DNA of 64,000 nucleotides from Oculatellaceae cyanobacterium bins.114 (GTDB lineage Bacteria > Cyanobacteriota > Cyanobacteriia > Elainellales > Elainellaceae): NCBI GenBank assembly GCA_033764315.1, contig JANRJA010000203.1:32001-96000 (forward strand). Direction: 5' to 3'. Below, piece after piece: positions 8,603-18,597 of this stretch (position 1 is the stretch's first letter; the number at the start of each line of letters is the position of its first letter). Position numbers and translations under genes: made by a program. The notes under the pieces were generated by a model. It worked only from the letters and a program-made list of their open reading frames with translations. It was not told the origin of the DNA and made no database searches.

Positions 8603-11383
8603 TCACGGTTTCTGCTGAAACTGTTGACAAGTGTTTTGAGCACCTGCGATCGCGTCTTTTTCAGACGGAGTCAGTTTTGCATTCAAGTGTGCCAAGAAAC
8701 TATAACCTTGAAACTGATTACAGGCGATCGCTAACCACCGTTGCCAGGTCATATCGTGCCAAAGATACAGCGTGCCCATCTCATCTCCAGTCACAATCGT
8801 GTGTCCGTCAGGTTGAAAAGCAACGGCAGAGATGACTTTACCTTGTTCTCTAAACGCCTGCCCCAGTGGATTGCCGTTGGTGTCCCACAGTCTCAGAGTG
8901 CCATCTTCACTGGTGCTCGCGATCGTTTTTCCATCAGGGCTATAGGCAACAGCCGTGATATAGCCTTCATGTCCTTGAAACGGACTGCCCAACAGCCTTT
9001 TTGCCTCGACATCCCACTGCCGCAAAATGCCATCGCCCCCTGCACTCACCACCACCTCTCCCGTTGGGTTAAAGGCAACAGCTGCAATGCCAAACTGCTG
9101 CTCTTCTTGAAAAACGGCTAGAGAACGCCCTTGCAGATCCCACAGGCGAATGGTGGAGTCATCGCCACTACTGGCAATCAAGTCTCCCTTTGGGCTAAAA
9201 GCCACCGATCGGACGCTGCTTTGATGTCTCTGAAAGGGTTGCCCTATCGGTCGCTGTTCTTTGACGCTCCATAACTGAATTGTGCCATCGTCGCTACCAC
9301 TGATAACCGTTTGACCATCGGGGCTGAAGGCGACCGATTGAATCGCCCCATCATGCTCTACCAAAGGTGCTCCGAGAGGTTGCCGTTGCTGCACATCCCA
9401 AAAGCGGAGTGAGCCATCAGCTCCAGCACTGACTAAAACGGTACCAGAGGGATCAAAAGCGATCGCATTCACCCCATCTGAATGGGCTTGCAACGGAGAA
9501 CCAACCTGTTTCCCAGTGATATCCCAAAAGCGAATGGTGCCATCGTCACTGGCACTGGCAAAGGTGCGATCGTGGGGATTAAAGGCGATGGATGGAATAG
9601 CATCGTCATGGGCTGACACCCGTTGACTTGTCATCAGATTTTGCACATTCCACAGGCGAATCGTGCGATCGGCACTGGCGCTAATCAAGGTTTCGCCATC
9701 TAAGCTAAACACAGCAGGAAAGACAAACCCCTCATGTCCGCGAATGGGGGTGCCGATCGCGTTGCCCTGCAAATCCCACAGGCGAATGGTGCGATCGTTA
9801 CTAGCACTAGCGATCGTCTGACCATCGGGACTAAAGACAACGGCTTGAATGGCAGATTCATGCCCAATGAACGGTAAGTCGATGGGGTTGCCCTCCAAAT
9901 CCCATAGACGCACCGTGTTGTCACTTCCTCCACTGATCAGCTTTTGACCATCAGGGCTAAAGGCAACGGTCAATACGGCACCGTCATGCCCTCGAAAGGG
10001 TTCTCCCTGCGGTTGTCCTTGACGATTCCACAGGCGAATGGTGTCATCTACACTGCCGCTAGCGATGATTTGACCATTAGGGCTAAATACAACACTATAC
10101 ACAGAGTCGCTGTGCCCCTCAAACGGTTTTCCGATTGCCTGCCCTGATACATCCCATAGGTACACCTTCCCATCATCACTCCCGCTGACGATCTGCTGGC
10201 TATCAGGGCTAATTGCCAGTGAGTTTACAGCCCGATTTTGGGCTTGAACTGATTCGCCAATCCGATGTCCATCTGCTGTCCATCGCACAATCCTACCGTT
10301 GGCATCACCACTGACAATCAGTTGCCCATCAGGACTCCAGGCGATCGCATAAATTTCGGAGTCACTCGCCTGAATTGGTTCCCCAATCGGCTCACCCGTT
10401 TCCAAATTCCAGAATCGCAGAACACCTTTATTATCAGTACTCGCTAATCGTGTTCTATCTGGATTCAGGGCGATCGCATAGATCTCTCCCTCATGCCCCA
10501 ACAAACGGTCTTTTTCTCGATTGCCCTGAATCGCGCTGAGTAAACTCGCTCGTGCTTCATCAAAGACCTCCTGTGAAGGGTTTTGTAGACTAGTACCGAT
10601 CGTGTGTAGTGCCAAAATCAATCCACTGGTTGGCTTTACCGCCATCAAATTATTGACTCGTGCGACTCTTTCCCGTAACTCTGCCTCAGCTCGTCGATGG
10701 TGTTCTGCCTTACGATATTGCTCAAATGCAATTAGGGTTGAAGTTGCCGTAATCACCAACCCCAGTGAAATGGCACCTATCGTTAAGCGTTCTCGTCGAA
10801 CCACTTTGCGGCTGGTACAAACAAAATCGATCTGCAAGGGCGCAGGTTGAGGATCTTTAGTTCCTGCCTCAGTCAGCCATCGTTCTGCCTTTCTTAAGTC
10901 ACGGCCTCTCAGCAAACAACTTGAGTCTTGTCCTTGCTCCTTCCATTCGTTGGCTCGCACCAACAGCCGAGTGTGAAAGGTAACGTGTTCCAGGTCGGTT
11001 TCGAGTGTCTTGATTAACTTTGCAACCGATTCATCAAAGGAATTCGTTTCTTTGAAAAAAATCCAGTTGATGGACGCCAAGGTTGGATGAACCTGGCCGT
11101 ATTGCACCTCTTTGCAGACGATCGGGATAAGCCGCTTACTAGAGGCGACCGCCAGTTCTAACTCAATACTGCATTCTCGTGATGCCACCCATTCTGGGCT
11201 GAGCACAAAAACAACCGCATTGGCTTGTTTAATGCCATCAGCAATTTCAGCCCGCCAATCCGCACTGGGGGGAATATCTTCCCAATCGATCCAGACATCC
11301 TTACCCTGCCCCACTAAAAAACTGTGGAGTTTATCAACAAATTCCTTATCTCTACGACAGTAGGAAATAAATACATCTGTCAT
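8603..11383 (-). CDS. TIR domain - helical linker - TM - 14x WD40 protein
   Basis: GGAGG RBS before ATG 11383; DVFISYCRRD...SRECSIELELA (TIR); TM LTIGAISLGLVITATSTLIAF; 14 countable WD40 repeats. Confidence 0.92.
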   Translation of the reverse strand: MTDVFISYCRRDKEFVDKLHSFLVGQGKDVWIDWEDIPPSADWRAEIADGIKQANAVVFVLSPEWVASRECSIELELAVASSKRLIPIVCKEVQYGQVHPTLASINWIFFKETNSFDESVAKLIKTLETDLEHVTFHTRLLVRANEWKEQGQDSSCLLRGRDLRKAERWLTEAGTKDPQPAPLQIDFVCTSRKVVRRERLTIGAISLGLVITATSTLIAFEQYRKAEHHRRAEAELRERVARVNNLMAVKPTSGLILALHTIGTSLQNPSQEVFDEARASLLSAIQGNREKDRLLGHEGEIYAIALNPDRTRLASTDNKGVLRFWNLETGEPIGEPIQASDSEIYAIAWSPDGQLIVSGDANGRIVRWTADGHRIGESVQAQNRAVNSLAISPDSQQIVSGSDDGKVYLWDVSGQAIGKPFEGHSDSVYSVVFSPNGQIIASGSVDDTIRLWNRQGQPQGEPFRGHDGAVLTVAFSPDGQKLISGGSDNTVRLWDLEGNPIDLPFIGHESAIQAVVFSPDGQTIASASNDRTIRLWDLQGNAIGTPIRGHEGFVFPAVFSLDGETLISASADRTIRLWNVQNLMTSQRVSAHDDAIPSIAFNPHDRTFASASDDGTIRFWDITGKQVGSPLQAHSDGVNAIAFDPSGTVLVSAGADGSLRFWDVQQRQPLGAPLVEHDGAIQSVAFSPDGQTVISGSDDGTIQLWSVKEQRPIGQPFQRHQSSVRSVAFSPKGDLIASSGDDSTIRLWDLQGRSLAVFQEEQQFGIAAVAFNPTGEVVVSAGGDGILRQWDVEAKRLLGSPFQGHEGYITAVAYSPDGKTIASTSEDGTLRLWDTNGNPLGQAFREQGKVISAVAFQPDGHTIVTGDEMGTLYLWHDMTWQRWLAIACNQFQGYSFLAHLNAKLTPSEKDAIAGAQNTCQQFQQKP

Positions 11384-11420
11384 GGTGCCTCCAGCTTGGC
11401 GGAAGTGGCAGTTGCAAAGA

Positions 11421-11696
11421 TTAAGAAGGTCGTGGAGCCGGAGAACGTGGAGTCGGAGATGGAGTGGTCGTTTCACAGGGACCAAGACGGGAAGTCTCCT
11501 GACGCCGACAGGGAGGAGTTCTCACTGCTTTGGGTTCGCCTGTTTTGGATAGGGTGGTATGAGGCGATTCTCCTTTGAGGGCGATCGCTGCTGCATATAA
11601 AGGTGTTGTAGCAATTAACGGCAACAAAGCCCCTGTGATGAGAGTAGCTCCTAATAGTAGGCTTGCGAGTTTATCTTTATATCTAGTTTGAGTCAT
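11421..11696 (-). CDS. Small putatively secreted peptide (Cys pair, Pro-rich tail)
   Basis: Signal-peptide-like N-terminus; ATGA start/stop overlap with the upstream gene; fills the gap before the TIR-WD40 RBS. Confidence 0.65.
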   Translation of the reverse strand: MTQTRYKDKLASLLLGATLITGALLPLIATTPLYAAAIALKGESPHTTLSKTGEPKAVRTPPCRRQETSRLGPCETTTPSPTPRSPAPRPS

Positions 11697-12406
11697 CTTC
11701 TTCCCTCACCCCAGTTACCAGAAGGACGAACCCTTCTTCCATCAAAACGAACAATGGGTCCTTCAATGCTAGTGCCGTCTGCGTTACAAACTTCAATTTC
11801 TCTTACAATTTGCTCTTGGCCATCACTGTATACACCTCTAAAGTCATAAAGACATTCGTTGGAGTCAACAGGAATTATGGCTATATCACCCGGAGATAGC
11901 TCCTGTGCAATTAGATCTTCACCCCAGTCGGCTTGAGTGACCGGAGTGAAATAAATTTCTAATAACGGAAGATCAGCCGTGTTTTGGATATTAAACGTTC
12001 TATCGTTGTCGTCGTAGTAGGTGTAAGTACCCTCGTCAATGCAGAGATCGACCTGATTTTCGTCAATGGGTGGTCCTTGATCAAACACACCTCGGACATC
12101 ATAGAAACAGTCACTCCGACTGTCATCCACAACAATTTCTCGGACATCTCCCGGAGCAACCGAATCACCCTGCAACTTCTCAGCTTCTTCTTCCCAGGTA
12201 GATACATCGGTTGGCGAGACATAAAACTCCAACAACGTATAGTCTGTGAAGTTTTCAACCGTAAATGATAAGGGATCGCTCAGCTCATCTTGAGCCAATG
12301 CTCGTTGACCCCTAAAGGGGAAGTGCGTTGCATCGCCTCCCCAAGTCAAAATGGGTAAAGTCACAGCAGTTGCGATCAGAACTGAGTGACCCAGGTTTTT
12401 AAGCAT
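11693..12406 (-). CDS. Putative secreted acidic protein with two tandem Cys-pair beta domains
   Basis: AGGAG RBS before ATG 12406; signal peptide ending ALA-Q; duplicated F...N.....LLE.Y..P.....W.E.......PGD........C.YD.RGV...G......C. Confidence 0.85.
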   Translation of the reverse strand: MLKNLGHSVLIATAVTLPILTWGGDATHFPFRGQRALAQDELSDPLSFTVENFTDYTLLEFYVSPTDVSTWEEEAEKLQGDSVAPGDVREIVVDDSRSDCFYDVRGVFDQGPPIDENQVDLCIDEGTYTYYDDNDRTFNIQNTADLPLLEIYFTPVTQADWGEDLIAQELSPGDIAIIPVDSNECLYDFRGVYSDGQEQIVREIEVCNADGTSIEGPIVRFDGRRVRPSGNWGEGRR

Positions 12407-12564
12407 GGTAGTTCTCCTGAGCGACGGGCAGATTGATCTGGATAAGTACACCGCAATTGATTATTACTTAAGTATTGATACGTAGCTTTATAGAATTTAT
12501 GCGGAGTGTCATCCAGTTTTGCAGGTTGGGCGACCAATGGTTGAGAGTGCTGAGTGCTGGCTCG

Positions 12565-13797
12565 TCAGGGTGAATTCAGGTTAAACAATTGCCCACACAA
12601 GCCCAGCAAACCACCAGCAATCACGAGCCAAGCGGAGTTGACCTTGTAGTAGAACAGTGCGATCGCCCCTATTACCGCAATCCCAATCGTCAACCAATCG
12701 ACGATCGCAGCTTGTCCCAGTTGCCAGGTGACAACCGCCATTAACCCCAATGAGGCAGCATTGACTCCATCTAAAAAGCCGCTTGCCCAGGTTGATTGAC
12801 GCAACTTGGGCACCCAGGGATTGATGATCGCCACTAAGACAAATGCTGGGAGAAAAATGCCAATCGTGCCTGCGATCGCCCCGGCATTGCCTGCTAATAG
12901 GTAGCCCACAAACGTAGCGGTGGTAAACACGGGACCAGGGGTTAACTGCCCAACCGCGATCGCATCCAGCAGTTGTTGAGAAGTAAGCCACTGAGTTCTC
13001 TCGACGAGTTCTCGTTGCAAAAACGCCAACAACACATAGCCACTGCCATACAGCACGGCACCAATCTTGAGAAAAAATAGGAAGACTCGAATCCAATTAG
13101 GAGAACCGTATGCCCCAACCCCGCTGCCGACTTGGGCCAACAGACTGGGAATCGGTAACATCAACGCAGAAGCCGTTGTGCTGCCACCCCGTCCTCGGTT
13201 CTTAATCAGCATCACTGCGGCTCCAGCCAAGAGCAGCAACACGATCTCGTCACCACCCAAGAAAAAGGCAACGATGACAGCAATACCTGCCACGATAGTG
13301 GGAAGATCTTTAGCTGCCGATTTGCCTAACTTCCAGAGTGCCTGGAGCACAACTGCAATAATGATGGGCTTAATGCCATAGAGCAACCATCCCAACTCAG
13401 GTAATTCTTGATAACGAGCATAAAGCGCGGCTAATACCCAGACAATCCCCATCGCTGGGAGAATAAAGCACGTTCCGGCGATCGCCAATCCCCACAACCC
13501 AGATCGCTCATAGCCAATGTGAATGGCCAATTCCGTTGAGTTTGGCCCTGGAATCAGGTTGGTGACTCCCAGCAAATCCAGTAATTTTTCTTCAGTAAAC
13601 CACTTGCGCCGCTTCACAAACTCATCGTTCATCATGGCGATGTGGGCTGCTGGTCCCCCAAAGGCGATCGTTCCTAGCCTAAAAAAGCCGATCGCCAACT
13701 CCTTGAGCCGTTGTCGTTTTTGCTCAGGTTCTAGCGTCTCATAAGGAGGAGACTCACTGATGTCAGTGGTTTCAGGCTTATCAATTTCGTGGGACAT
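12565..13797 (-). CDS. chrA: Chromate efflux transporter (long-chain CHR family)
   Basis: GTIAFGGPAAHIAMM, PGPNSTELAIHIG, LYGSGYVL, GQLTPGP motifs. Confidence 0.92.
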   Translation of the reverse strand: MSHEIDKPETTDISESPPYETLEPEQKRQRLKELAIGFFRLGTIAFGGPAAHIAMMNDEFVKRRKWFTEEKLLDLLGVTNLIPGPNSTELAIHIGYERSGLWGLAIAGTCFILPAMGIVWVLAALYARYQELPELGWLLYGIKPIIIAVVLQALWKLGKSAAKDLPTIVAGIAVIVAFFLGGDEIVLLLLAGAAVMLIKNRGRGGSTTASALMLPIPSLLAQVGSGVGAYGSPNWIRVFLFFLKIGAVLYGSGYVLLAFLQRELVERTQWLTSQQLLDAIAVGQLTPGPVFTTATFVGYLLAGNAGAIAGTIGIFLPAFVLVAIINPWVPKLRQSTWASGFLDGVNAASLGLMAVVTWQLGQAAIVDWLTIGIAVIGAIALFYYKVNSAWLVIAGGLLGLCGQLFNLNSP

Positions 13798-13969
13798 AGC
13801 TCAACGACTGCGATCGCACAGATAACTACTTTCAAACTCTTCCACGTTTCCTCAATAGATTCAATTAAAACTGGGTTAACTCCGGGCTAGGTGTCACGTG
13901 CTGAGTGAGGGCTAAGCCGTGCTGCGTACTGAGTAGGAGGGTTAGACAGTAGGAAAGGATAGCCTGTCA

Positions 13970-14050
13970 TCCTTCATTCTTTTCTTTCCTATCTTTTCCC
14001 TCTTCTCTTCTTTCTTCTTTTTTCTTTCTTCCTTCTTCCTCCTTTCCTCC
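13970..14050 (+). repeat. Polypyrimidine low-complexity tract
   Basis: About 80 nt almost entirely C/T between the divergent chrA and PhoD-like genes. Confidence 0.8.
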
Positions 14051-14162
14051 GACAGAAGCGAAATCGCACACGATCATGATATTTCTGGCACAGCACTCAG
14101 CAATCAGGTGTTTGCCATATTGCCCGTTTAAGAGTGCTAGATGGTTGCGTGGAGGATGTGAT

Positions 14163-16598
14163 ATGAGGTGGATGTCGGTAGGCGATAACCCAATTAGAGT
14201 AACGGCTTCGCATCGTCTACATCAGTTGCCGCTGGTGTTAGCCGGTCCCATGCTACGACGAACTGAGGCAGATGCGGTGACGGTTTGGGTTGCCTTGCAA
14301 CACGCCTGTGTCGTGACACTCCAGGTTTATGCCACCCAGGATCAGGGAAATCAACTCGATCGCCTGATGTTATCGGGCACTCGTGAAACGATCGCTGTCG
14401 GTCAGCACCTACATATCGTGGCCGTTACAGCGATTCCAGTGGCGGACGACAACCCCGTTTCGCATCACCTCACCCCCGATAGCTTGTACGCCTATGACCT
14501 CCGCTTTAGCCCACTACAAACGGATGAGCGACAAGACATCCCGACAGATCTAACGATCTCAGATCTAACGTTGTTAGAGGCCATCCAAACCCCGTTTAGT
14601 GGTGAGACTTCCATCAGTTATTTTCAGCATCAGTTACCGACCTTTGCCTTACCTCCCTCTGATTTAAACCAACTCAACATCGTTCATGGTTCCTGCCGCA
14701 AACCCCACGGCAGCGGACGGGATGCCCTAATTTTTCTAGATCAGTTGTTGGAGCGGAATAGCCATGACCCCAACGCTAGACCCCATCAAGTGTTTTTGAC
14801 AGGCGATCAAATTTATGGAGATGATGTGGCCGATCCCTGGTTGTGGTTACTAACCGATATTGGGGACACCGTGTTGGGGTGGCAAGAGCAGTTGCCGTTA
14901 GATCACGAGAGCACTATTCTGGCCCATCAATATCCACCTGGACAACGCAGTGAGTTGGCTGAAACCCAAGCTGGACTGACCGCTGGGCTGAAAAATAAAC
15001 CGGAATATGCCAAAAGCCATCTGTTAAGCTTTAGCGAATATTGTGCAACGTATTTGTTAGCGTGGTCGCCTGTACTCCATCCACCGACGCTGCCAAATCA
15101 GCCACCCGATCTGCTCAAGGGGCGATCGCGATCGTGGCGACAAGAAGTTAAAGCCTTGCGGCAGTTTACTCAACAACTCTGGCGAGTGCGTCGAGCCTTA
15201 GCAAATACCCCCACTTACACCGTGTTTGATGACCACGACATTAGCGATGATTGGTATCTCAATCAAGCCTGGTGTTTGCGCGTGTTAGGCAAACCCTTAG
15301 GCAGACGGGTGGTGCAAAACGGCTTACAAGCCTATGCTCTGTTTCAAGGGTGGGGCAACACACCTGACCAATTTGTCGCAGGGCAAGCGGGTGAAACCCT
15401 GTTGCAAGCGATCGCCCACTGGTCAGCCACACAGGGCAAAGATGTCAAAGCAGATCAGACGATCGCCTCTCTTTTAGGGTTGCCGCCGCAAAACCCCCAC
15501 ACAGGGTTGCCCCAGTTTACGCGAGATGGAGAAACGTTAATTTTAGACCGCGATCGCGGTGCTTTGGATTGGCACTACACAGTGCGAGGCGATCGCCACG
15601 AAGTAATTGTGTTAGATACTCGAACCTGGCGCGGCTATCCTGCTGAGCGATCGCCCAAAGCACCCCCCATGTTGTTGAGTCCAACTGCATTTGAGCGACA
15701 ACTGCAAACTCCCTTACAACTCACCGACCAACTCAACCAGTCTGGTGCTCAGATTGAACTGACGCTTGTGATTGCTCCTACTAATCTGGTTCATATGCGA
15801 GCCATTGACTGGGTGCAACAGTTAAATCTCAAACAGGGCAATGTTTACAACAACGATGTGGGCGATGCCTGGAACCTCCACAAAGGGGCATTGGCAGCAT
15901 TGTTGGCAACGCTATTTGAGCAGCGCGATCGCATTGTTGTGTTGTCAGGTGACATTCATTATGGGTATGCAACCCGGCTCAACTATTGGTCACAGACACC
16001 ATCAGCGATGGCTCCATCAAAGCCCCCTAAAACGCCACATGTCTTAGCACAGTTAACTTCTAGTGCCTTTAAAAACGCGGAGTGGAAAACGCAAATTGTT
16101 CACACTAAACTCAAGGCGATCGCACCAGAACCCTCACAATATTGGTTGGGTTGGCAATCTCCTCTGTTAGAACAGTTGCCAGACGCCCCCATTGCCAAAC
16201 AAATTCACTCTTTTTGGAGAAATCCAGAAAAAGTATGGACTGCTGCTCTTCAAAACTCGCCAGATCCACCGGATTGGTTCTATCGCCTGGATTGGATCAA
16301 ACGCCAACCTGCTCAACTAGCTTTTGAAGTAACTTTTCCTCCCGAAAAAAGTCAACAGGGCTGGCTCCCTCGCCTCTTACAACCGATGAGTTGGCTATGG
16401 CGCAATCGTTGGCTGCAAGAAGGCCCCGAAGTCGTTGGTCACAATAACTTAGGAGTGGTGCGGTTTCAATGGTCTGAGTCTAAAACTGTGATTCAAGATC
16501 TATATTGGCTTGCCCCCTGGCACCCCAATCAAGTCATCACTAGCCGCTTTGAGGTTCCCCTGACGCTTGATCCGTCACCCACTCTCAATCACAAATGA
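14163..16598 (+). CDS. PhoD-like metallophosphatase
   Basis: HGSCRKPH, LTGDQIYGDD, FDDHDISDDW, LDTRT, LSGDIH motifs; GGAGG before ATG 14163. Confidence 0.85.
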   Translation: MRWMSVGDNPIRVTASHRLHQLPLVLAGPMLRRTEADAVTVWVALQHACVVTLQVYATQDQGNQLDRLMLSGTRETIAVGQHLHIVAVTAIPVADDNPVSHHLTPDSLYAYDLRFSPLQTDERQDIPTDLTISDLTLLEAIQTPFSGETSISYFQHQLPTFALPPSDLNQLNIVHGSCRKPHGSGRDALIFLDQLLERNSHDPNARPHQVFLTGDQIYGDDVADPWLWLLTDIGDTVLGWQEQLPLDHESTILAHQYPPGQRSELAETQAGLTAGLKNKPEYAKSHLLSFSEYCATYLLAWSPVLHPPTLPNQPPDLLKGRSRSWRQEVKALRQFTQQLWRVRRALANTPTYTVFDDHDISDDWYLNQAWCLRVLGKPLGRRVVQNGLQAYALFQGWGNTPDQFVAGQAGETLLQAIAHWSATQGKDVKADQTIASLLGLPPQNPHTGLPQFTRDGETLILDRDRGALDWHYTVRGDRHEVIVLDTRTWRGYPAERSPKAPPMLLSPTAFERQLQTPLQLTDQLNQSGAQIELTLVIAPTNLVHMRAIDWVQQLNLKQGNVYNNDVGDAWNLHKGALAALLATLFEQRDRIVVLSGDIHYGYATRLNYWSQTPSAMAPSKPPKTPHVLAQLTSSAFKNAEWKTQIVHTKLKAIAPEPSQYWLGWQSPLLEQLPDAPIAKQIHSFWRNPEKVWTAALQNSPDPPDWFYRLDWIKRQPAQLAFEVTFPPEKSQQGWLPRLLQPMSWLWRNRWLQEGPEVVGHNNLGVVRFQWSESKTVIQDLYWLAPWHPNQVITSRFEVPLTLDPSPTLNHK

Positions 16599-16635
16599 CA
16601 TCGTCAAGCGATGACGGACTCATAACGATTGGCTC

Positions 16636-18486
16636 TCAACACTCAGCACTCACTTCAACCAAGGGCATGACACAGTAGAGATTGCGCCCTTGAGTTTTAG
16701 CCTTATAGAGTGCCTGATCAGCGTTTGCAAATAATGTTTGGGGGGTGTGTTGAATGCTGGGAACAGTGCTAGAGATTCCCAGACTAATCGTGACCTGTTG
16801 ACTAACGATAGAAGACGCATGGGAAATGGCAAGTTGAGCGATCGCCCCTCGAATCTGCTTTGCCATACAGACTGCTCCTTCGATGTCAGTATTAGGCAAA
16901 ATAATGGCAAACTCTTCACCCCCATATCGGGCTACAAAATCAGCAGGACGCTTAGCAGTTTGAGCGATCGCCAGAGCAATTTGCTGTAAGCACATGTCAC
17001 CTGCTTGATGACCATAGTAATCGTTGTAGTTTTTGAAGTAGTCAATATCGCAGAGCAAGAGAGACAGAGGCACTTGTTCTCGTTTAAGACGATGCCACTC
17101 CTGCTCAAGATAGGCGTCAAAACAGCGACGGTTTGCCACTTGAGTCAGGCTATCCATCAGGGCTAACCGTTGTAACTCTTGGTTGCTGGCCTGCAAATCT
17201 TGATATAGCTGAGAGTGTTGAATGGCGATCGCCACAGACTGAGATAGTTGCTTGAGCAGGTCAATTTGACTGGGTTGCCACAGATATGGGGCAGAACAGT
17301 GTTGAACTGCAATTAACCCCCACACTTGCTCACCTTGCAAAATTGGCACAACCAGATTGGCTCTCACTTGAAGCTGACTTAACAAATTGGCATAACACGG
17401 AGCCACCGACGCAGTTTTAACGTCAGCAATAGCTTGGATATGCCCTTGAGTATAGGCAAGGATGCACGAGTCTAATCGGACACAGTCATCCACAATCTCC
17501 TTGCCTAGCAACGACAACCAAGACTCACCAACTGACTCTGCAATAACAGTGCCCTTGTTATGGTCATCAAAGCGATAAATCAAAACGCGATCGGTCTGAA
17601 AGAGGTGGCGAACTTCTGCGACCGTTGTACTGAGAATGTCATTCAGGTCAAGCGATCGCTGGATCTGGTGCGTCATCTCAACCATCAATCTTTCTTGTGC
17701 TGCTTCTTGCCGCAGAGAGTCAATCGTTTGCTGACGATGGCTCGCGTCTTGCACCACCAACACCCCGCCAATCATATGGCCCTTGTCGTCTGTAATGGGC
17801 GAGGCAGAAAGACTGACAGGCCGTTCTGACCCATCTCGGAGGGTCAAAGTACAGGCATCGGGCAGAGAGATCCGAGTTTGAGTTTGAATGGCTGTAAGAA
17901 TCGGGTTGGCGATCGCGTTTGAGGTACTGCTATCGTTTAATCGAAATATCTGAGTCACACATTGACCCAACGCTTCACTGAGGGGACATCCCGTCAATGT
18001 TTCAGCTATAGCATTCATAAAGGTAATGCGACCCAGGCAATCCGTCGTGATCGTTGCATCCTGAATGCTACTTAACGTTGGTTTTAACCATTTCTGAACG
18101 TTACTTAACTCTCGCTCGACTTGGTGACGTCGCAAAGCTGTCTCGATCGTGACCTGCAACTCCATGCGGCTAAAAGGTTTGAGTAAATAACCAAAGGGCG
18201 CAGTAACCATTGCTTGCTTTATTGTTTGGTCATCAGCATGGGCCGTTAAATAAACCACTGGAATCTGAAATTGAGTCCAGATTGTTTGAGCTGCCGCGAT
18301 TCCATCCATCCTGCCATGCAAGCGAATATCCATCAGCACTAAATCAGGATGAACCTCACCTGCGATCTGCACAGCTGTTTCAGCACAGGCAACATTTGCC
18401 ACAACGGAATGATCAAAAATCTGCAAAATTTCTTGAATATTCCAGGCAACCACGCGCTCGTCTTCAACGACTAAAATTCTTGCCAT
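16636..18486 (-). CDS. REC-PAS-GAF-GGDEF diguanylate cyclase
   Basis: ILVVEDE/DLVLMDI receiver; PAS; phytochrome-like GAF; RPADFVARYGGEEF (RxxD I-site plus GGEEF). Confidence 0.93.
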   Translation of the reverse strand: MARILVVEDERVVAWNIQEILQIFDHSVVANVACAETAVQIAGEVHPDLVLMDIRLHGRMDGIAAAQTIWTQFQIPVVYLTAHADDQTIKQAMVTAPFGYLLKPFSRMELQVTIETALRRHQVERELSNVQKWLKPTLSSIQDATITTDCLGRITFMNAIAETLTGCPLSEALGQCVTQIFRLNDSSTSNAIANPILTAIQTQTRISLPDACTLTLRDGSERPVSLSASPITDDKGHMIGGVLVVQDASHRQQTIDSLRQEAAQERLMVEMTHQIQRSLDLNDILSTTVAEVRHLFQTDRVLIYRFDDHNKGTVIAESVGESWLSLLGKEIVDDCVRLDSCILAYTQGHIQAIADVKTASVAPCYANLLSQLQVRANLVVPILQGEQVWGLIAVQHCSAPYLWQPSQIDLLKQLSQSVAIAIQHSQLYQDLQASNQELQRLALMDSLTQVANRRCFDAYLEQEWHRLKREQVPLSLLLCDIDYFKNYNDYYGHQAGDMCLQQIALAIAQTAKRPADFVARYGGEEFAIILPNTDIEGAVCMAKQIRGAIAQLAISHASSIVSQQVTISLGISSTVPSIQHTPQTLFANADQALYKAKTQGRNLYCVMPLVEVSAEC

Positions 18487-18546
18487 ACGTTTGTGTTCAC
18501 TGCCCAGTAGTCTCAAACAAACGACCACATTTCTATAACAACGTTA

Positions 18547-18597
18547 TATAGCAATCCCAAAAGAGTGCACCTCTCACAACCCCTTTGGAATTGCTAT
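18547..18597. mobile_element. Internally deleted TATAGCAATCC-type MITE remnant
   Basis: Ends tatagcaatccc / ggaattgctat; ctctcacaacc core shared with 41373-41473. Confidence 0.6.

Noticed and set aside
11384..11485. N-terminal extension of the TIR-WD40 ORF
   Set aside because: Overlaps the small secreted ORF; the GGAGG RBS supports ATG 11383
13864..13883. Pho-box-like TTAA pair upstream of the PhoD-like gene
   Set aside because: Only two poorly matching units
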